Below are positions 10,627 to 21,912 of a stretch of DNA of 64,000 nucleotides, piece after piece (the stretch's first letter is position 1; every line of letters starts with the position of its first letter). Position numbers and translations under genes: made by a program. Source of the DNA: Penicillus capitatus (taxonomy: Eukaryota > Plantae > Chlorophyta); contig OZ287698.1 of assembly GCA_965649825.1 (NCBI GenBank), forward strand, positions 1-64,000, in the 5' to 3' direction. Below the pieces are notes generated by a model. That model had not been told where the DNA came from. It saw nothing but the letters and a program-made list of their open reading frames with translations, and made no database searches.

Positions 10627-13474
10627 AGCATTGGAAGGGGGTAACATATGGTTTCCGCAGACTTCCGCAGGGTGTTAACATAAGTCCGGAGCTCTTTAAT
10701 AATAGAATGACTCACATTCTGCAAGGACTGGACGTGATAAGATATTTTGACGATATATTAGTGGGTGGAGAAACAGTGAATGATCTCTTTGAAAAGACTA
10801 GGCTGCTATTACAGCGTTTTGATGAATATGGTCTGACGATCAGCATACAAAAATGTGATTGGTTCGAGAGCTCCGTGAGTTTTTTTGGGTACAGAACTGA
10901 ATAATGGCACCTGTTGGTTTTCTGCAGTACTATGCGACGATGGGGCAGAATTGGCACTGAAAAACAGGCCAAAATCGTCAGCACGGCAGCGGGATTACGC
11001 TTGTAGTCGTCAGCAACGCAAAGCGACTCGATCGACAGAATATGCACGCAACACCGAAAGCTTTTAAACCCAAACTTGCCCCTAAAGTTCTTATTTTATA
11101 TGCCCATGTTCTCCGTTTCATTTGCGTTTTTCTTAGTTACACACTAAATTCGCGTCGCACGTTGCCTCTTGGCGACACCTTGATTTCATGTCTTCGCCTC
11201 ACTGCGACGCTGCATCTTCAGACTTTTACCACTGGCTGCGTCTTCTTCTCAGCGCGTCGACTGTCCATTTCGTCACGTCAACTGACTGCCACGCTTTCCT
11301 CGCCTTTTCTGTAATCCAGGCTGATCACTCAGGGTTACAGCATCGTCCGTCGCCTCGGACTTTCGGCTCAGAACTCGACGTCGCTTGCACCTCGCAGGTC
11401 ATTTGCAGCGTTAAACTCGACGTCGCCGCGACCTCAGCAATCATCGAATTCCACCAGTTTCTGAGATTTCTGGCGAGTGTCTAAGTGTTCACAGATGACA
11501 GTGACGTTTTCCGACCATTCCGAGAATACACGTCACCCAGACTAGAACTCTGGATATTTGGCAATTCACGACTTTCGCGTCTTATTGCAGACTCGTCTTT
11601 CACCCTACTTCGGTCATCTTTCGACCCTCTCGAGCGCTCTCTTAACCATCGCTGACTGCTTCCTCACGTTCAAGCGACCAGTCCTGACGGCCTTCAAACC
11701 GTCGCCTAAGACTTCTCCGCTTGATCAGCCAGCAAACCAACAGCACCATCAACGCATACCACAAGCTGCAAGCCATTTTACAGAAGTTGTCAAGGATAGA
11801 ATCACGCCATGACGTTCAAAGAGCAGTGGGGTGTGTCAACAAGTCGCACCATATTGCTACAAATACACATATGTCATGAATGAGCTGAAGCCGTTTCTTA
11901 AAAGAGAAAATAATGATTACAAACAAGCGAATAAGATTCTTCAAGAGACAGTAACCGATTTGTGTATCAATGCGTACAGATTGACACTACAGAGGGTGGG
12001 TCCGTTTCATTTGTACACCGATTGGTGTGGAAACCCTTTAAATCAGTTTGGCTTTGTCCTGTTTAATTCAGCTTTGCAGCCATGTGTTTTTGGTTCGTTT
12101 GCTACAAGCGAGAAGGTAGGAAGTTTTTTGGGGGAATTGATGGGGATCGTGGAAGCTTTAAAGGAATGTTTTTACATGACAAAGGGATTTGCTGTTACCG
12201 TATATTCGGATAACCAGGCCACAATAGAATGGCCGAGGGAGCCAACGTTTTTGCATAAATTCAAGGATTTGAGAATACGACGACAATATAGTTGGTTGAG
12301 ACATCATTTTTCACTAGATAAATTAAACTTTCGTTTCGTAGAAGGGAAGGACAATGCGATCGCAGACATACTCAGTCGATGGAAAGTTACCAATCCAGTG
12401 GCCTCGGAAATCAACCAAAAAAATCAGGGCTACCAAGTTTGTACTATCGAGGTACAACAAGAAGCACAAGGTTGGCGTAGGGAAGCGATTGCTTGAGCAC
12501 ACAAAGGCCACTTTGGAATTAGAAAGACGTGGTTGAATTTGAGATCGGATGGGTTCAGGTGGGAAAATGATTACGAAGACGTCAAAGGTTTCGTTTAGAC
12601 TTGTGATGTTTGCCAGCAGCCTAGACAATTGCAACACAACGAGGATTTAGGGATGATAGATAGTCCAACACCGAACCATACCTTGTGTTTGGATTTCATC
12701 GGTCTGTTACCTAGAGGAAGGCATGGTTATCGTTTTATTGCGACCGGAATAGATGCATTTACCAAATTTGGCACGGCGCAAGCATCCAAAACGTGTTCTA
12801 CTACTCAGATTATAAAGCCGCTGAAGAACTGGATTGCATTGAATGGCCCACCGGAACGTATTCTGTGTGACAATGGAGCAGCATTCATCTCGAAAGAGTT
12901 TGAGAGTTTCTGTGAGCGACACGGCGTTGACATCATTCACACACCGGCGTATGCACATAAAAGCGCCGGCACAATTGAAGCGTACAACAAGAACTTCGTC
13001 AATCGTCTAAAGAGAATTTGGAAAGAGAAAAGAGGAGATTGGACCGAACACATCAACGAATGTGTGCAAGAAATAAATCGAACAGTGCATTGCACTACTC
13101 TTTTCTGTCCAAGATATCTCCTTAAAGGAATTCACAGAAGTGGCAGACTGGCAAATGATGGGCAATTAGCAAAAGATCGGAAACTGGCTTACGAGAGAAT
13201 CAAAAGAGCACACGAGCAGTCTGCGAAGAGATATGCAAAGAACGTCAAAGATGTTCCTATTCACGAGGGCATGGAAGTATCTTGGTACAACTCCAAATTA
13301 GCTGATCGCTTAGACTCTAAGCTCTATTCGAAGTGGGTTTCTCCCTGTGTTTTGACAAAGAAACGTAGTGAACATCGTTGGGATATCAAACTGCCTGACG
13401 GGTCTTACCTCTATAACGTACATCGAGATTTTCTTCAACCATTTCGGCGAAAGATAGGTGGGCCCATGTTCTGA
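10627..13474 (+). mobile_element. Degenerate Ty3/gypsy LTR retrotransposon A pol (RT-RNaseH-integrase), 5'-truncated and interrupted by a solo LTR
   Basis: RT motifs FRRLPQG and YFDD, KCDW..SVSFFG. RNase H motifs LYTD, ELMGIVEAL, VYSDNQA, KDNAIADILSR. An HHCC zinc finger (HKGHFG...CDVCQ) has in-frame stops. The integrase core has LDFIG, CDNGAAF, EAYNK. The RT-RH-INT order is gypsy-type. Confidence 0.93.
10912..11742. mobile_element. 831-bp solo-LTR-like insertion nested in the RT of element A
   Basis: Termini TGTTGGTTTTCTG and CAGCAAACCAACA match as a 12/13 inverted repeat with TG...CA ends. A 5-bp TSD GCACC lies at 10907-10911 and 11743-11747. Removing the insert restores the RT reading ELNNGTINAYHKLQAILQK. 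Confidence 0.85.
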
Positions 13475-13622
13475 TGGAATACGATGAGAATAATCTAGAA
13501 AAATGAACATTAAAACGGACGCGCTGGATCACAGGATTGTAACTGCAATCTGTACGTTTCACAAACGAACAGCCTACCGCGAACGCGTATTCCTTTACCC
13601 TTTCGAGCGAATTCTCACAACA
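13467..13622 (+). mobile_element. 3' LTR of gypsy element A (~156 bp)
   Basis: TGTT...AACA termini, preceded by purine-rich AAAGATAGGTGGG at the end of integrase. The 3' end is independently marked by where the inverted copy at 10533 stops. Confidence 0.65.
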
Positions 13623-13628
13623 ATGTTG

Positions 13629-13700
13629 GCCCTCGTGGTGTAATGGTTGGCACACTTGAGGTTTTCTCAAGAGGCGTGGGTTCGAATCCCGCCGAGGCGC
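13629..13700 (+). tRNA. tRNA-like Pol III head of the SINE, probably not a functional tRNA
   Basis: A box TGGTGTAATGG (13636-13646) and B box GGTTCGAATCC (13679-13689). D stem GTGT/GCAC, anticodon stem CTTGA/TCAAG, T stem GTGGG/CCCGC. The anticodon loop GGTTTTC lacks U33 and the acceptor stem is imperfect. Confidence 0.6.
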
Positions 13701-14033
13701 CCCGTGAGTCACTCGGGTGATAGTGACTGGCCGGAGGGTGAAGCGGCGACTCATCATGATCAAGAAAATCGGAAGATTGGGCAATTAAAAAGACGCGGGT
13801 CAAGTCCAGACCGGAGCATGCGGTTAGACGTGAGGTGGACGACGAATCGTCGCAGACGCTGTGAGACATGTGAAGCGACGGATGGAAGCACGAGTCACCT
13901 AATTGAACGATTGAACGATGAATTGACAATGGGCGTCAGGTGGTAAATGTGAATGCCACTGTAAGTAAATGCACAGAACCATGGAACATGCTCTAAGAGC
14001 GCACCATGTAAAAGAGGAATTCTCCTCCTCCTC
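13629..14033 (+). mobile_element. tRNA-derived SINE (~405 bp) with (CTC)n tail and 15-bp TSD
   Basis: Direct repeat CTCACAACAATGTTG at 13614-13628 and 14034-14048. A tRNA-like head begins at the first base after the TSD. A (CTC) microsatellite tail lies directly before the second TSD. Confidence 0.85.
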
Positions 14034-14299
14034 CTCACAACAATGTTGCGATTGGGTTTTCCAAGATGTGACGTCAACATGGCACGGCCATTTGGCCAAG
14101 TCACCAGCGGCCTGGAAAATGCGGTGGATGGCCTTCCTGTCTATCAAGCTTCCATATTTATGGTTCAAAAAGTGAGAAATCTTTTAGAGTTCTTCTTAAA
14201 TCAAAATTTACCCAACTATAAAAATATATGTGAAAATTGAAGGAGAACGCATGGGATATGATTCAGGCCTCCCAGTGCCTTAAAGATTGGTTTAATAAT

Positions 14300-14495
14300 T
14301 TTGAGTTACCTGTCAGAGTCACAACGTGCCTAGCTTCGCGCAGTGGACCAAGGAGAGGCTGTGAACGACGTTAGTACGTGCGATGTGACCTGTTTGATCG
14401 TTCTGTAGCTATTTAACCTCGACCATTCATTGTTGGACAGTCTTTTGTAAGCTATAAGCCTTCGTCGTCAACCGACAACGCGACAATACCACCGA
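14300..14495 (+). repeat. Dispersed repeat, copy 1 (paralog of 54215-54380)
   Basis: The 49-bp core at 14437-14485 matches 54319-54367 with one mismatch. Weaker similarity extends about 130 bp upstream. Confidence 0.85.
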
Positions 14496-15063
14496 ATTTG
14501 TCCAATGGCTATAAAAAAACTGTTCAATACATTAAGTGAACAATATGATAATCTTTCCTATGATGGTATTGATATGGTCGTTTCAAACCTTCATGGGTAA
14601 TCTTCGATGAATAGTTTGATAGGGGAGCAGAGCTTTTTGGAGAGGGCAATCAGTCTGACTCAGAAGTGTTACGAGATATTGGAAAGGTTGTCAAATCTGG
14701 ATCATCTTATTTGCCAGATTCTAGAGATCCCATTGGATCTGATCAAAGACCTTTTCAAGCAATACATAAATTTTTCGAAACAGTCAACATAACAGAAGGT
14801 GTTCCAATAATAGTACGAGATAAGGAAAATGATTTGACAAGATTGGATGAAGTTCTCCGGCGGGGGGAAAGAAACGTTCACGATTAGATGACAATCAATA
14901 TCAAGAGACCAATGTGCTGGGAAAAGCCAGAGAAACCAAAAGAAAAAAAATCTAGAAATACATAAATATCACCATTTGGTCTTTCTATTCCATGTCAATC
15001 ATGATGGGTATGAAAAAGAAATCATCTCATCTGCTCATTTGTTGGTATAGTTGCTTTTCTTGG

Positions 15064-17398
15064 TTATTTCAAATTTCTACCCTGGCGGGGAAATTGAAGA
15101 CGAAAGGACTTTTTAGGCTTAGGACTCATATCCTTATCCCATATTGTTCTCCTGGTTTCTTTTGTCGAGTTTCCACCCTGGCTGGGGAAGTTTAAGATTA
15201 GAAGACTTTTAAGACCAATCAGTGTCATAAAGGTTGTAATCTCATTGCCTTCAACTCTGACGGAGTCACGATCGGCACCAATATTCGCAACCATTTGCCT
15301 CTCGTCTCCATCCGCGCCATCGCATCCGTGATGACCTTTAAGGCGTCTTCTTCTGCCAAGTTCATCTCATCGAGCAACACCCAATCACCATTTTGGAAAC
15401 TCTTCGAGAAAGGTTGCAGTGTAAAATCCGGAACATTCCTTGCAGTTATGGATAGTTTACCCAGAAAATCATCAGGTGTCAAGTTTGACGACATGTTGAT
15501 GCGAATGAGATTGACGTGCTTTCGTTTTGCAATCTCCATCAGGGTCGCCGTCTAAAACATAACAATCATAAGCTACTTTTGATTGTATAGAGCTGCACGA
15601 TACTTTTCCGACGCCAGTTGTTCCGATCAACAACACGGGAGATCCATCGTCGATCTTCTCTTTGATCATTCTGATGTTCTCTTCTGTCGTTTCTGTTGGT
15701 ACAAATGCGCCCTGCGTAAGTTCGCCGCTCGTCAATGCGATGCTGCAGTGTCTTCTAAGTCCCCCTCGTCTACCCTTCTTGAGAATAGCCTGACGCATGA
15801 AGACGTTTTCAAGGTTAGGGATTTTGCTCTTAAACATCGTGATGAGCGTATCCAGATCTTCAATGGATACTTCTCCGGCTTGAATGTCTTCTCCTTCACT
15901 AAATTTTGCCGACGAAAAAGGTTTGAGTTGATACGACTGCGGTACATCAACACGGCTCACTTCGACCTGCATTTCACGTGATCCTCTGTTTATGACAAAG
16001 CGGACAAGTTCCTTCAATGTCTCGGAGTCTGGTCTGTCTTCTTCCAGAAGTTCGAAGATTTTGTGCAGAATGGGTGCTAGTGCATGGCAAGAAGCATTTC
16101 TCTGCAATTGCGGCAGTGTTTTCAGATACTTAAGCAGATTGTTAAAAAAACTTGACTTCCTTAGAAGAGTCAATTTGATTCACGTACTTGAACACCGTCA
16201 ACGAACACCGTCAACAAGAGACTATTCAATATTCTTGAGTCTGCCTCTTGATTGAGGAGAAAAATGTCTAGCAGTGTCTTAAATCCTTCCTCAGGCATCT
16301 GCCCGTGCACAAGAGTTTCAGGTGTCTGAATGAGAGTATTGACAACATGTGACTTTCAGTGGCAATCGATCAGCAAAGCCAGTTTGTTGAGACAGTCTCT
16401 GGCGATTTCTGCAAAACCTGGCTGGCTTACTACAACATCAATCAAGAGTTGACAGACAGCGGGGCACACGGTGTCGTCATCGACCCTTGCCACTGCCAAT
16501 GCTCCTCCAACTGTATGGAGACGCATTCGAAGGGCCTTTAATGGCCACTCACAGAATTTAGGATTCATCTGTTGCAAAACTTTCAGCAGATCGCTAGTAT
16601 CCTCCATGTCTCCTTTCTTGGCCCAGGTTTCAAGCATGTTACTAAATCCTGCGGCGTCAAACAGCATTCTAAAATTGTCGGCGTTCTATGATGAGACTCT
16701 CAAGAAAGAAGAAAAAATAATGTGGAAAGTATGTTGTTGACAATAATGCATGATGCTGCGGAATGCAGGAGATACAGATCCGCCTAGTTCCCGAACAAAC
16801 AGAAAAACTTTGCAAACAGACTCGATAAGATTTGTGTTAATGACAAAGGTATCTAAAAATCCACCCTCTCTTTCAAAGAAAAAAGACAAGAACACCAAGC
16901 GCTCGTGTAACCAGCCCCTGTTATTTTGAGACGTACATTCCTTGCTCACAAAACAGTCTATACAGGATTTGAAGAACAAAGGTGGCACAAACCTCGGGTC
17001 ACTGTTCTCGACAAGGAAGGACATAAGAGAACGAACTTGATCGTAGGATGGCTCATTGCCTCGATAAACGACAGGGGAAACAAAAAAATACTCAACAGTG
17101 GAAAGCACCAAACAGCGATTCATTCTCAGATTCTCTGTAAGCTTGTCACAAAGAATCTGAAATGCATTTACTTCTTCTTTCGAAAGAGTGACTTCTAGAG
17201 CTGCGTGAAGCTGCTTCTTAGTAAAATCGAATGTGTCATCATAACAATAGACCAGGTTTGTGAAAAAACAATTGATGGCACTTGCAGACACTGCGCTTCT
17301 CAAGATGTGGAAGATCAGGTCGTCAGGGCGACGTCTGGGACCAACGTCTCCTCGCTTTTTGTAATCCGTCCTGTTGTCTGACCACGTGACTGTCGTGG
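15064..17398 (-). pseudogene. Midasin-like (dynein-related AAA+) pseudogene, downstream part
   Basis: Motifs FVPTETTEENI...SPVLLIGTTGVGK (Walker A), RINMSSNLTPDDFLGK and FQNGDWVLLDEMNLA (Walker B). In-frame TAG at 16686 and TGA at 16356. The sequence ends after one AAA module. Confidence 0.75.
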
Positions 17399-17636
17399 TG
17401 TCATGATGATGAAGAGCTGAAGGATGATGGTCCAATAAATGCCTCATCATCGTAAGAGGCACTGATGGCCAAACAGCTCTTAATGGCCACGTCACATCAG
17501 AACCTACCCAGAACCTACCCGGCACCTACTCAGCACCTATGAAACCCAACACTATAAAAAGGGGATTATTGTCACATTGATTATCTTTGTAAGAAACTTT
17601 GTTGCGTCTACCACCGTCACGTATTTGCCCATGTCA
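17399..17636 (+). repeat. 5' LTR of element B
   Basis: TGTCATGATG...CCCATGTCA; no difference from 21675-21912 seen on reading. Contains TATAAAA. Confidence 0.95.
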
Positions 17637-17638
17637 AT

Positions 17639-17650
17639 TGGTTTCGGAGC
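17639..17650 (+). promoter_or_regulatory. Primer-binding site of element B (tRNA-iMet-like)
   Basis: TGGTTTCGGAGC lies 2 nt after the 5' LTR. It resembles the plant iMet PBS TGGTATCAGAGC at 10/12 positions. Confidence 0.7.
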
Positions 17651-20007
17651 TGCGACTTTCGAAGATGGACTGTGAGGAGTTCACGTCCCTTCTCAACTCG
17701 GCAGCCTTCGTAGAGGACGATTACCGCCCTCGCATCAAGTACGTGATTCAAAGGGTGGAGCCCAGATCGCCTGCCTTCGATCTGATACAGCGGGTCCTCG
17801 ACCGAGTCGGACAGCGCTTTCGAACGCAGGCAGCATTCAATGAGGCCTTTTGCGGGACCCGCGGCAATAGTTTGCACTATTTTCGCCGACGAGGTTCTGC
17901 GCCTCAAAACTGAGGACATGACCACTGTCCTCAGGAACGCTAGCTTCTGGGAGTCGAGCATGTTGACGCGAACGGACGCAGATCATGATCCCATTGACCC
18001 CGATGTGGCGACGACGCCATTGGTCAACGTTGCCGCCGACGGAAGAGCGATCGGCAACGACGGCTCGATCAACTTTTCAGCGATCTCTAACGCTGGAAGA
18101 GTCATGTTCGGAGCCAGGGAAATCTGCAGAACCTCTAGACGAGAGGCGCTCAACATGCTGAAGTTCTTACAAAAGATCAACAATTCGAGCAATGCATCGA
18201 CAAGGCCACGAAGAGCAGCAGGCCAGTCGAGGAATGGAACGGGCGTCGTGCCTTCGCCGCAGAGAAGTCTCTGCCGAAAGGAAACGAAGCACACGTCTGC
18301 GAGACCATTAGCGAGACAGAAGAAGACCCAACGGAACAGGATGTGCAAGTTCGCACACACCGTTAGAGCGGTCACCAAGACCAGGAGAGTTTTAAAACTG
18401 GGTCTCATCTCCCCGAGCCATTTGGGATATCCACGCCATATTAACGCTTTGGTTGATTTTGGCGCCGAGTCCTCCTTTGTATCCCCGGCACGAGCGAAAG
18501 AACTGGGAGTGAAGGTCAGACCAGACGAGACCCGTCTGCTGTTGGCCCAATGGAGAGACCGCAAAGGTCACCGGACGATGCGACTTCCAGGCAGCCCTGG
18601 CGCAATCCTCCGACCAACAATTCTCCATGAGTTGCCTCGTACTACCGAGGCACGGCTACGATCTACTACTGTGCATGCGCGCGATGATCGACAATAAGAT
18701 CTCCGCGCATCCCACGACAGATCTATTAGCATCAGAGGCGACAGGTCAAATGCCACTTCCCAGGACCGAAAGCCGACAAAAGGGCGGCCAATGAGATCGC
18801 GCATGAGAAGATATGCCGCTGCACCGAAAAAGTCGATCATCTACCGAGAATCACCGAAGAACGGCTGCAGGTGCCGTTGAACCGGTCAATCGTGCTCGGA
18901 CCACGAGAGGGCAAGATGCTCAGACGCCGAACGTGCTCCCCGGCGCACTCGTGTACAAGAGGGTTCCGACCGTGGCACCGCGATTCTCGGTACACCTCGG
19001 TGTGCAGTACTACACGTTCTCAACGCTCGCCAACCATGCCGCGGAACCAGTGAAGATAACTGGAAGAACGAGGATCTTGGACGTGCCCGCAGGACAAGAC
19101 GTCAAATATACCGCGTGCGATTGCGACGGAAACCCACATCCGTTGAGAAGCAACAGACCACCTTTTCCCAAACGGCAGTACGCTTGCAGTCAGGCATACT
19201 GTCGCCGAAGCCTAAAATTGGCTGCTGCAGTCTCGAACAGCTGCTGGCCCGATTCCCAGACGTACTTTGTGAAAAATTGGACGTTCTTCGGGATGGGAGG
19301 TCGGCATCCGCGACGTACAAGGGCAACTACATTCGGTCTTTACCAAAGTTCCCTACACGTTCGCTGCTGAACCGACGGCATGCAGAAACGAGATCGACGC
19401 ACTCATCGAAGCCGGAGTCGTCAGCCGATTTCACGGAAAACCGAAGCACATCATCCCCTGGTTTTCTGTTCCGAAGAAGAACTCGCTCGAGCGGCGAGTA
19501 GTGCTAGACTTTCGCGGACTCAACACGCTGACCACAGGGAGTCCCGCGCTGCCCATGCATCGAGAAGGCGCAGTTCAGAACCTGTCCGGGATGCGCCACT
19601 ATGTGCAGTTTGATTTCCGACACGGATTCTAGCAGATACCTCTGGCACATGGCCTCCAGCCGTATTTCGTCACCGTGTCCGACCAAAAGCCCTACGCCTT
19701 CACACGGCTTCCGATGGGTTGGATCAACTCAATGGCTTTCTTCGACCAAGATGTTCAAGAAACCATAGCGGAAGCACGAGACCAGTTGAAGCAGCAGAAG
19801 ACTCGAACGGCAATCGAGAGCTATGCCGACGACGTCTGCGTAGGAGCACGGACACAAGAAGATCTCGAGAGAGCAGTTCTCCAACTGCTGACGGTCTATG
19901 ACAAATACCGGTGGACGGCATCTCCGAAGAAGTGCCAGGACGGTGTTAACGAGGTCGAGCTCCTCGGACACCGCTTCACGCCTGAAGGCGTTTTGCCCCC
20001 CAAAGCA

Positions 20008-20249
20008 CGCTGCAGCAGTTGCCCCCTGCAGCGCCGCATCAACGAAGACCGCAGTCCGATCGTTTTCGGGACTCCTTCGCACCTTGCTGGACTATTGCAA
20101 GTGCGACCTCCGCCGCAGCTTAGCGGCCCCGCTGCAGCAGTCGCTCAATGCAGCGCAGCCTCAAACGAAGACCCCAGTCCGTTCGTTTTCGGGACTCTTT
20201 CGCACGTTGCTGAACTCTTGCAAGTGCGACCGCCGCAGCTTAGCGGCCC
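20008..20249 (+). repeat. Diverged ~122-bp tandem duplication inside the RT thumb of element B
   Basis: Units start CGCTGCAGCAG at 20008 and 20130 and end GCAGCTTAGCGGCCC. The peptide VRSFSGL appears twice. Confidence 0.85.
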
Positions 20250-21674
20250 TGTCGAAACTCACGAACGCATATACCAACGTCATCCAACGATACTGGGCGG
20301 AGGATCCCAACCGCTGGGCCACCCTCCTCCGCTCTCTCAACCGCATCTGGTATCACCGGTCTGACGCAGCTGGCCGTAATGTCGACCTCTATGTCGACGC
20401 TACGATGGCTTTGGGTACGCGTTGTTCGACAGTGACTCTAAACGTCTCCTCCGCCTTCGAGCTGGCGGATTCCAACGTGAACCGTTCCGAACCAGTGGCA
20501 CGCTCAGCTACTCGGAATGAAAGAGGCGCTGAAGCAACAGGCACCTGCTCATGGGCAAACATCTCGCCATCTTCACTGACGCCACCGTTGTCAAACAAGC
20601 GAGTGGAAGCAGCGAGCAGAGCTTCCTCGTGCAGTGTCATCTAGACGCCCCCAACCTCTATGCAGGAAAGGACCAATGACGACCGAAGCTCCCGCGCTTG
20701 CGGCCACCGCACACCACAACTGCTGGCCAGTGTGGTACCTGCAGATGGACAACTATCTGAAGACAGGTCGATGTCCCGATGACGCCAACCCCCAGTGCCA
20801 ACACTTTGCCCGCCACGATTCGCCCGTCGCGCAGTCATTGAATACGTGGCAACCTATGAGGCAGTGCGTAGGCATGGACGTCATCGAACCCATGAAGCCT
20901 GACGGCTCCTCAAACTATATCATCGCCGCAGTGAACCTCTGCACACGATTTTGTCTCCTCTCGGCATCCTCGCAAGCCAAAGCGACATCCATCATCAAAC
21001 TGCTCGAGCGCTGGACAGCCCTCTTCGGCAACCCCGAGTGTCTGCAGACAGACAACGATTCAGCGCTCGTAGGCAATCAGTTATCCAATTGGATGTCGGC
21101 CCGAGGAATTCAACGCCGCACCATCATCCCGTGATCGCACCATCCCGTGATCACAATGCATAGGGACCTCCGAGCGTCTCAGCCGAGACGTCATCCGCCG
21201 TCCACACCGCCTTCAAAACTCAAGGCAAATGGACATCAGCTCTTCCCCAGATTCAGGCACTGCTAAACGCGCTTCCGAACTCGGTGACCAAACTCAGCGC
21301 CGCACAGACCGCTTTCGGTTCTCAACCTCTCCCGCACTTCATTCCCGCGCCACTCACTTTTACCGCGCCCTTCTTGCAACTCGTTGGACCGCCATCGATC
21401 ACCAGATGCAGCACCAGCAACCACACCAACAACTGCCCCACTCTCACCGTTGCTCCGACATCCTAGTCGGCTCCCTGGTGCTGCTTTTTGACAATCAACA
21501 CGCGCAGACGCACGGCAACCAGCTTCCTCCGCAGTGGCTCGGACCGTAGACGATTCACGATACATTTTTTTCCTAACGTTACCGTTTTGTTTCTTCTTCT
21601 TCCAAGAAACCCTTCTCGCACATCGCGATCATCTACGACGTTTTTCCAATCGGAGTTCAGCGCAGGGAAGCGAT

Positions 21675-21912
21675 TGTCATGATGATGAAGAGCTGAAGGA
21701 TGATGGTCCAATAAATGCCTCATCATCGTAAGAGGCACTGATGGCCAAACAGCTCTTAATGGCCACGTCACATCAGAACCTACCCAGAACCTACCCGGCA
21801 CCTACTCAGCACCTATGAAACCCAACACTATAAAAAGGGGATTATTGTCACATTGATTATCTTTGTAAGAAACTTTGTTGCGTCTACCACCGTCACGTAT
21901 TTGCCCATGTCA
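21675..21912 (+). repeat. 3' LTR of element B
   Basis: Matches the 5' LTR and is preceded by a weak purine tract GCAGGGAAG. Confidence 0.95.

Larger units (their letters stand above)
17399..21912 (+). mobile_element. Full-length Ty3/gypsy LTR retrotransposon B (4514 bp) with decayed gag-pol
   Basis: Two 238-bp TG...CA LTRs, a 4-bp TSD GTGG (17395-17398 and 21913-21916) and a PBS. Protease-like ALVDFGAESSFVS, RT LPMGW and YADD with SPKKC...VELLGH, RNase H LYVDA, integrase GMDVIEP...LQTDN. Many frameshifts and stops. Confidence 0.95.

Noticed and set aside
10533-13622. DIRS-type retroelement with inverted terminal repeats
   Set aside because: The element encodes a DDE integrase with an HHCC finger and no tyrosine recombinase, and the inverted piece is only part of an LTR fused into RT.
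13629-13700. Functional tRNA-Lys(UUU) gene targeted by a Ty3-like element
   Set aside because: The anticodon loop lacks U33, the acceptor stem is mispaired, and the 15-bp TSD plus tail show the tRNA part is the head of an inserted SINE.
16356-16688. Stop-codon reassignment (TAR=Gln, as in some ulvophytes) explaining in-frame stops
   Set aside because: The disrupted genes contain both TAG and TGA stops, while intact genes have long stop-free exons and end at TAA, TAG or TGA where expected (for example KDEL-TAA).
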